A stretch of 64,000 bases of DNA from Octopus sinensis (Eukaryota). Below, one piece after another: positions 55,561 through 64,000 of the stretch. Position 1 is the first letter of the stretch; each line of letters begins with the position of its first letter. The stretch spans positions 24,800,001 to 24,864,000 of the forward strand of contig NC_043008.1 of assembly GCF_006345805.1 (NCBI RefSeq), written 5' to 3'. A program made the translations under genes and the position numbers. Below the pieces are notes generated by a model, which saw only the letters and a program-made list of their open reading frames with translations, had not been told where the DNA came from and did no database searches.

Positions 55561-55639
55561 AAGTGTTCTTTGAATAGTCAGATGTCATTTTCTTAGGAAA
55601 GAAACAATGCAGTTATTAATAAGAGGAATAGAAATTAAT

Positions 55640-55930
55640 GCATGCGAGAATTCACAACTCTAGCATCACTCCTTGATAGTCAGCCTAAGATCCTTTCGTC
55701 TCACTTTCGTAGATTGTCTACAGGGAATGCAAATGGATCAGAGATTTGTATAAAAAGTGCGCAGATGCAAGTACTCAATTCTAAATCGGTCGACATGTAT
55801 CGGAAAATGTTAGAATGTGCAGAATTTGTACCACTGAGTCGAAGTGTTTTAGAAAGTTTGAAGAAACACGATACATGATATGTCTTCAATTGATATACTT
55901 TGCGAAGCCCTTTTCAGGTTACAAAAGACA
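55640..55930 (+). pseudogene. Possible piggyBac C-terminal cysteine-rich domain remnant
   Basis: MCRICTT...RK..ETRYMIC...KPF resembles the PGBD C-terminal domain; short and degenerate. Confidence 0.3.
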
Positions 55931-56063
55931 AGGAAGTGCTGTTTCTAGTCTCTGGTCTTTTGTTGCCGTTGTTTTGCACAAAGGATCATGTCGATTACAC
56001 CGGAGATGCATCAAAATTGCATTCGGAAAGAACCTTTGCTATTATCTGGAGCCAGTTTCGAGC

Positions 56064-56130
<67 letters not shown>

Positions 56131-56580
56131 TATATTTATGTATAATCAAAATAAGCAACAAGCATATTCAGAGGTAATGCAATCATTGCATCAATTTAAA
56201 ATGCAGATCGATCTACAGCTGCACAAAGACATAGAGTTTAATTAAATTAGAACAGATGAACACATTAGTATAATTATACCTAAAATCTCCAAGATGTTAA
56301 AGAGATAGACGAAGAACGCAGTGACTCACTCCAGCATAGAAGTTACTAAGTTTTCAAGAAGATATACATTGTTACAGACTCTGTCTGTTACTGATTATTT
56401 TATTTTTATGGGGTCAGTTTTAATTTATAGACTAGTTTATCAAATCTTCTGTGTATCTAAGGCTGAGAGAGCAGAGGGCAGTATCTGTTAGGGGTAGGGC
56501 TGAGGGAGCAGACAGATATCATAGGTGGTATAGTCATAAAAATCAAGATTTATTGTATATATATATATATATATATATAT

Positions 56581-56874
56581 AACTATAAATAAGGGTGTCT
56601 GATTGACACTACCATGCCGAAATAGCAGTCAAATCCCTGACTCTAAAAACCACCTTAAATGTTCATATCGCACCATGAGATAAGACAGAGGGACAAAATA
56701 GATTAGCAAAAAGATATTACTGAATAATTCAAGATCCTGGATTTCTAGCTTTGCTTCAAATATATCAGATGGGCATAGCTAGAAATTCAGGATCATTTAA
56801 GGTGGTTTTTAGAGTCAGGGATTTGACTGCTATTTCGGCATGGTGGTGTCTCTCAGACACCCTTATTTATAGTT
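56581..56874. repeat. MITE-like or fold-back unit with 81-bp inverted arms
   Basis: 56581-56661 versus 56794-56874 (3 mismatches), plus an internal 18-bp inverted repeat at 56733-50/56777-94. Confidence 0.85.
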
Positions 56875-56986
56875 GTAAAAAATTATTACCTTTGTATGGT
56901 ATTTATTCCCATGCTGGCTACTTGATAATATCGATATTATCCTTATTTATAAATTTATATATATATATATATACATATACATACAC

Positions 56987-57083
<97 letters not shown>

Positions 57084-57089
57084 ATAAAA

Positions 57090-58140
57090 CTTAGATATGT
57101 TTCGACTAAAGATTGGTCCAGGTCATATCTAACTTAATAGCACCACCTGATAGGATTATCTGAATTCTGTTTAAGTCAAGTTTTGTTTATGGTCCATTCA
57201 AGTAGTGAGTTTTTGTTGGGTGAGTTGTATCCAGGTATGGGTGGCTTATCTGGTATTCCTTGAAGGAATCTATCCACACTCCGTTTAAAGTTGATGGGAT
57301 CCTTTTCCTCTTTCATCTCTTTCGGGACAATGTTAAATAGGGCATGGCCTGTTGAGGAAAAGAAATTATGTTGCCGTGTACATGTATGCTGTGATCTTGA
57401 ATTGGGCAGGGGACGTATGGCCCGTGGTCCCAGTCTTGGATGAACTTTGAAGCTAATGTTCAGGTCGTTTGGGCAAAGTTGGCGGTATATTCTCCACATC
57501 GTACAAATGATGTACCGCTCACAGCGACGCTGCAGAGAGTAGAGTTTCAAGGCTTTAAGGCGGCCCCAATAATCGAGAGCAGCCATGCCTTCAATTCGTT
57601 TAGTGAGTGCCCTCTGGGGTGATTCAATCTTCGAGATGTTTTGTCTTGTATGGGGAGACCACAGTGGGCAGCAGTATTCGAGGTGTGGCCGTACAAAGGA
57701 GGAGAAAAGTGGTATAATGACACCTTGTTCTCTGGACCGGAAAGTTCTTAAGATCCAGGAACTCATCCTACGAGCTATATCGACCTTATTGTTGATGTGT
57801 GCACTCCAGCTGAGATCGTTGTCAACAATTACACCCAGATCTCTGATACTGTTAGAGGCTGTGAGCGGTTCCCCTGAAGGAAGAGTGTATGCCTGTTTTA
57901 GTGAGGAATTTCTTCCAAAATGCATCAGCTCAAATTTTCCCTCGTTCAGTTGCATTTTGTTTCTGTCTGCCCATTGACTCACAGCATATAGATCAGACTG
58001 GAGTTGAGTTCGGTCTGCTTCTTCATGGACGATTTGCTGGAGCTTAGTGTCATCAGCAAATATTTTCACTTTGCAGTAATGTACGACACTGGAAAGGTCG
58101 TTTATGTAAATTATAAAGAGTAGCAGGCCCAAGACAGTCC
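57090..58140 (-). mobile_element. 5'-truncated CR1/L2-group LINE inserted between TA arrays, with an open RT C-terminal frame
   Basis: LLFIIYINDL, IFADDTKL, RDLGVIVD..LSW..HI, RPHLEYCCPLWSP; ~320 codons without a stop, then an ~85-bp 3' UTR. Confidence 0.92.
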
Positions 58141-58180
58141 CCAATATATATATATACATATATATATATATATGTATGTG

Positions 58181-58248
<68 letters not shown>

Positions 58249-58270
58249 TTTATTTAAAAGCAGCGGAAAT

Positions 58271-58327
58271 ATAACAAAAGCTGTTACTCAGAGTTTCACG
58301 TTCCTGTTCGTCGGACAGTTTTGTTAA
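58271..58327 (-). ncRNA. Minimal hammerhead ribozyme-like fold (core CCGACGA)
   Basis: Minus strand: TAACAAAACTGT CCGACGA ACAGGAACGT GAAA CTC-T-GAG TA ACAG[C]TTTTGTTA; stem I is 12 bp with one bulge. Confidence 0.6.
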
Positions 58328-59879
58328 AATACAACAGAAATAACAATATGGTCAAAACTAATTAAAGGATACACCTTTAAAAATGGATTTATTTCATTGG
58401 TCCTTTCAATTAACGGTCTTAAGCATGCAATGAACAAAATAAACAAAATAAACAAAATAAATGAATTCAATATAAATTCATTCTATTATAAAAATCGAGG
58501 AAAACCTTAAATCGAAAACCGGATTCAAAATACATATTGTATATACGAAATATAATTCAATTGATGCATTAAAAATTAACATTAAACTTTTCCTGCTACA
58601 TTACATAAATATTTTACAATATATATGCATACTAAACCATCAATATACATATATACATCAGAATACACAGACGGATGTACATATACAAACATACATATAC
58701 AAACATATATATGTAAGACATAAATATACTTGTATACATATGTACGCAATCATGCTCGCATGCAAAAATCACTAGTTGTATACATATAGAAGTTATAACA
58801 GACCAGCTAGACGAGAAGTAAATTTTAAAACGTAGGGAGGGAGAAAGAAAAAGAAAAGGAAGTATCTTAGATATAACAGTTAACTGAAATAGGTATTATT
58901 AGCAAATATATTTTTGATCGTATTTTAACTAAGTTAGATAATGAATTAAATTTTCGAATTTGGAAAAATAGTAAGTCAGTAATAGATTGGTTTAAAGAGA
59001 TTAGCCATAAGCATAGTTACATATTTACGCAGAGGTAAGAGGAAGGGAGAGGAGTCTATACAAGTAACGAATAGGGAGATAGAGGATACTTTCCGTAAGG
59101 AAAGAAAAAGAAAGAGAGACAGAAAGATAGGTGGTTGAATATGTGTAACGAACGTACACATAATAAAATTACGTATACTTGTGTATACAAAAGTGTATAT
59201 TAGCATAAATACACATATAAGATTATATATATAAATATATGGAAATATGCACATAAATACACATCCACACAAATCCACATGAATACATGCATACATATAC
59301 ATCCATGCATGTATGTGCACAAGTATAAACATACACGCTTACTTACACATATACATAGACGCATACATACGAATACATATGCATGCCGACAATAAAACAT
59401 CCACTTAAAAACATGTCTGGGTCCTGACGTATAGATACAAAGAACATTTTTTAAAAAAATTGCTGAGTGCATAATTCGGAATAAAAACATGCAAAATAGA
59501 ACACACTGTATCGAATTTTCTATGAATTAAACGATTAAAATGGGTTTATAATGTACAATAAAATGAAATATAATAAAAGTAGAATGTTAAGCAAGAAAAT
59601 AATATATTCATATAACAGTCGAAGATTTTTCTTAGGAAATATGTCGAAATATATACAATATCTTTGCGATACGAAATAAATCATATATTAAATCCAACAG
59701 TGTGATTAAAACAGGGTGAAACAAATCAAACGGTGTGATTAAAAACTAGTCCAAGCATCAAAAAATATCTACACTATCCATATGGTATATTTTAAATTTT
59801 AGTTGCATGTTTGCAGGAATTCAAGAGTTCACGTCTTTGATTTAAAGAGTTATTATCCTGGAATAAATTATAATATTTT

Positions 59880-61740
59880 CCGAGCAGGCATAAATCACAT
59901 CTCATGGGTCTTTTATGCGCACCGTGCCTATAAGGTGAAACTCTATCTCAAATTCTCCATGTCACATTGAAAGGTCGGAACCTCGTTTTCTTTTAATTCC
60001 CATACATATTTTACCAGGGTGGTCTTCGCCCTACTTTCGGGGTATCTGAAGGAATTTCTATGAGAATAAAATCCGGTTTTGAAAGAATTTTCAGAAGCCC
60101 CTATATAAGTTCCACATTCGTGTGAGCCTTCTATCTGCACCTTGGCTCTACACACGATTACTTTCTCCAGACATTTTCCTTCCAACGGACAGGAGCTCAC
60201 ATCTTTGCAATTGAAAATTTTACCTTATTGTTGTGTTGGTTTATGAAAGAGGCGAAGTTTTTGCAACAAGAATAGCTGATCTGAAGCGTTGTTCTATTAA
60301 ATACTCTATTAAAATTATGGTCAGGTTGAAATTGTCTAAAGATTAATTTTAAGAATTATCTACCTATAATTGTTTTTTCGGCCATATTGAAAGATGGGTT
60401 AAACCACAAAAACCCTCCTAGTCCTAGTTCTACGTGTAGCATTACTGCTAGTATTAAGTTGGTTATACTGGAGCTTCTCAGAGAATCCACTAATCCTTAA
60501 TGCGCTATTATAATAATGTGCGGCATTTTGAAATGCTGTCTCATAATCGTCAACCAACATTACTAAGTTCCTAAGAATAATTGGCAGATGATTGGATTCT
60601 CTGCTAATATAAGACAGCTTATCATTAGGCTTACGGTACGGTTTAAATTTACCGACTGTAAATCCAAATTAACATCTAAAAACTCTACACTTTTCAGGTT
60701 AGTATCTATAGTAACCCGTAATCCCATCCTTTGGAAGGAAGCAATAAGATCCTTCCTAAGCTTATCTAATTCATGGCCGTTTAAATTATGGGTGACTATA
60801 AGGCCGTCATCCCTATATAATCCTGCGTCTATAATCGGGAATTCTAGCTTTAGATTATGTGGAAAATAAGCTCTTATGAGCATACATAACTCAGCCTCGT
60901 CGTATGCCCCCATCGTTACATCCCCACTCTTCTTAATCCGGGTAGAATCCTCGTAAAAAAGAAGTGATTTCCTCGCATGAATGATAATATCTATTTCCTA
61001 GTTATCGATCTTGACATACTACTTGGCGAAGTCTAATGATTTTGGGAGTAAAGACCTAGATATTGACGGGTAAAAGTCAACAATATCAAACTGCGTAAAT
61101 ATGTAACTATGCTTATGGCTAATCTCTTTAAACCAATCTATTACTGACTTACTATTTTTCCAAATTCGAAAATTTAATTCATTATCTAACTTAGTTAAAA
61201 TACGATCGAAAATATATTTGCTAATAATACCTATTTCAGTTTTTTGCCGGATTAATCAATCTACATTTAGGGTTTCTATTAAAATTGGTTTTATGGTATT
61301 TTAGGGTAATAGAAGCGGGTCGGGGAGGAAGATATTCTATCCTATCGCTAATCCTAAGATTGTTAGCTATTCTTCTTGCCTCCAAATTCACCTATTTGTG
61401 TACATTTGTGTTATCTTTTTTGTATGTATCTATGATGCTATTCGAAATTAGACGCTTGTAAACGTCCTTATCAACCGCATATAAGTTTCTTGTCTTATCA
61501 GAATTAACGAAGATCTTATTCGAATTGTTAATTTTTAAAATTTTTTCTTTCATATTTCTCTATAATTGGTTGCTATATTTATGGAATCTAATTTTTCTAA
61601 TGAGTTCGAAAATGTCTTTTTCGAAGGCTTCTAATTCTGGAATAGGTGGTGGGTTCCTGGAAGATTTAAGTCCGTATTTGTTTCTGTTGCTTTTCTGTTT
61701 GGTATCAAAGAAGAAGGCTTTCCATTTCAATCTTCGAACA
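59880..61740 (-). mobile_element. Penelope-like element (RT + C-terminal GIY-YIG), decayed; YRDD-type lineage
   Basis: QFDIVDFYPS, VTMGAYDEAELC, GLYRDDGL, VEFLDVNLDL; CPLEGKCL...TYIGASENSFK...H..SF. Confidence 0.88.
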
Positions 61741-61929
61741 AACTTCCGTTTTCTCTATAAGACTTCTGAGATATTGCTCGAGATATTGCATATAGAGAAA
61801 GAGAGAGAGATAGAGAGACAGACAGACAAATTTACAGAGAAAGGTACAGAGCGAGTGATAGAGAGAGAAATAGTGAATGCATTAAAAAATATTACAAAAT
61901 CAAAACAAAACTAGCTTTAAAAATTACAA

Positions 61930-62850
61930 GAGTGAACAGTGGCGTAGGAGGAGAATGTTATGGGGAAATGAGAATGGAGAGGGAAGAAGAAAGTGGGTAT
62001 GTAGAAGCATGTGTTAGAATGTGCCTGTGAACAGAAGCTGGAAGAAGGATGAATGGTGTGAGAGTGAGCAGTAATATGATGCATATGTATAGAGAAGTGC
62101 AGGTGTGGAATAATGATGGCATTAATTAGTGGAGGTGTGAATAAGTGTCCAAGAATCGCTGCAGTTGTAGTATAATAAAGTGGAAGTTATAATTTCTGTG
62201 TGTGTGTAAACATAAGAGAATATGATTTAAACATCATTTTACCTGCATGTGGCTATGAACCAAAGAGAAATTTTTTAAAATGATTGGACCATATAGCTGT
62301 AGAATGGAAACAAAGAACAGGGAAATGGTTTAGGACTCAAAGTAGCAACAGAGTGTATTGGCATAGCTGGTTCCTATACTTGTTATTATGCCTAGCTTAA
62401 TACTCGCCTGCAGAAGAGAAACATTTAAGGTTGAGAAGAAATTTGGCTAAAGCGGAACGGGCAGACGTTCTGGGTTAAAAGTGTACGGAAGTCAGGAAAC
62501 TATGAGGATAACAGTATACGGACAGTAGATGTCCATAGCAAAGAAAGTGGTTGATGATGCCGGAAAAGGAAAAGGGGGAAGAAGAAATGCTGTGTGTGGC
62601 TGAAATGTAATCATCGGGTCTCTAGGTAGACGGAAATGAGTTGTGTGTGGAGGTTACAACTAGAGGAAATCGGGCAGCCAGTGATGCTGTACCACGGAGG
62701 GGTGAGACAGGCCGAGATGAATTTGGAAGCCTTAAGAGTATAAGGGAAGAGGAAAAAATTTTGAAGATAAGGTAGGAGGTGCGTTGTTGGTAGATAAGAA
62801 TGAGGTCAAATGATAAAGAATGATGAAATAGGGGTCCCGAAGTTGTCGCA
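61930..62850 (-). mobile_element. Older Penelope-like RT remnant of another lineage
   Basis: Minus-strand LP(K)IH..., SCN.HTQLISVYLE, FAMDI..YTVI, LNLKCFS..GEY and GTSYAN follow the PLE RT motif order. Confidence 0.55.
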
Positions 62851-62857
62851 GTACTTC

Positions 62858-63091
62858 AACGCTGCAGAGATCGGTACATGCATACATACATACATTCATG
62901 CATACCCTCATATATACATACAAATATAATACATATATGTCTGTGCAAACATACACACACATTCACACACACACCCAAACACACACACTCAAACGCACGC
63001 ACACACTCAAACGCTCGCACACACTCAAACACACACTCAAACACACGAACGCGTGTGCGAACATACATACATACATACATACATACATACA

Positions 63092-63125
<34 letters not shown>

Positions 63126-63412
63126 CATACATACATACATATATCACAAACATTTTCTGACGTTAATCCATCGAATTCCAAACGCTGCAGAGATCGGTAC
63201 ATGCATACATACATACATTCATGCATACCCTCATATATACATACAAATATAATACATATATGTCTGTGCAAACATACACACACATTCACACACACACCCA
63301 AACACACACACTCAAACGCACGCACACACTCAAACACACACTCAAACACACGAACGCGTGTGCGAGCATACATACATACATACATACATACATACATACA
63401 TACATACATACA

Positions 63413-63446
<34 letters not shown>

Positions 63447-63501
63447 CATACATACATACATATATCACAAACATTTTCTGACGTTAATCCATCGAATTCC
63501 A
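62858..63501 (+). repeat. Recent tandem duplication of a ~322-bp microsatellite-rich unit
   Basis: Units 62858-63180 and 63181-63501 are identical outside repeat-number differences; AACG microhomology at the junction. Confidence 0.9.
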
Positions 63502-64000
63502 AACGAACCGTCCATTCAAAGTTCATATATCATTGTTAACATTACCACACGTTTTGGAAAGAATCAGTCCACCATTACAATAACGCTGTGATGACACCCT
63601 TCTCACACTACATGTGCACTGTTTGCTTTGCCACCATTCAATATAAAAGAACGTTAAAAACTATTTGTCTTACTTTTAATCACGGTTTCATTTGTGCATT
63701 CTTTTCATTGCAGTAAGCATTACGTTAAATAAAATTCCCGTTTCCTGCCATGCGAATATGTATGTGTGCGTGAATGTGTGTGCGTGCTTGTGTGTGCTTA
63801 TGTGTAAGTGTGTGTGTTTGTACCTGTGAGTATGTGTATGTGCTTGCGCGCGCTAGTGTATGTGTTTCAATACTCGTTTATTAAAGAACATCACCGTTAA
63901 GAAATTGATGCTTCTCTTGATATATATGTGCTCAAGCGTACGTATGCCCCCTACCTTAATATCACTTTAAACATATGCGGCAAACATAAATATGGGTAAA

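Overview
Eukaryotic, very AT-rich, repeat-saturated non-genic DNA (intergenic or deep intron). I found no host protein-coding exon, rRNA, tRNA or CRISPR that I can support. The SINE families, the mix of RTE, CR1, R4-clade and Penelope-like elements, and the huge (TA)n/(TACA)n/(TAA)n arrays most resemble an octopod cephalopod genome; this is recognition from memory, not a search result. The window holds at least six fragments of restriction-like-endonuclease (R4/Dong-type) LINEs plus a ~490-bp non-coding companion repeat, nearly all at (TAA)n arrays. It also holds RTE and CR1 LINE fragments, several Penelope-like elements (PLEs), three Helitron-type elements, mariner, DD37D, Tigger and possible piggyBac remnants, and two tRNA-derived SINE families. 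Most ORF-track entries are microsatellite artefacts. The most interesting signals are: (i) a dispersed set of minimal type I hammerhead-ribozyme folds, including one at 10988-11037 with a compensatory G3-C8 swap of the C3-G8 core pair; (ii) a Helitron-like element carrying a decayed four-repeat, 23-aa STPR-like domain; (iii) a PLE whose N-terminal RT half is inverted; (iv) several local fold-back duplications; and (v) a weak candidate for an old NUMT. Coordinates were counted by eye and element boundaries are approximate. I cannot claim a wholly new biological system here.
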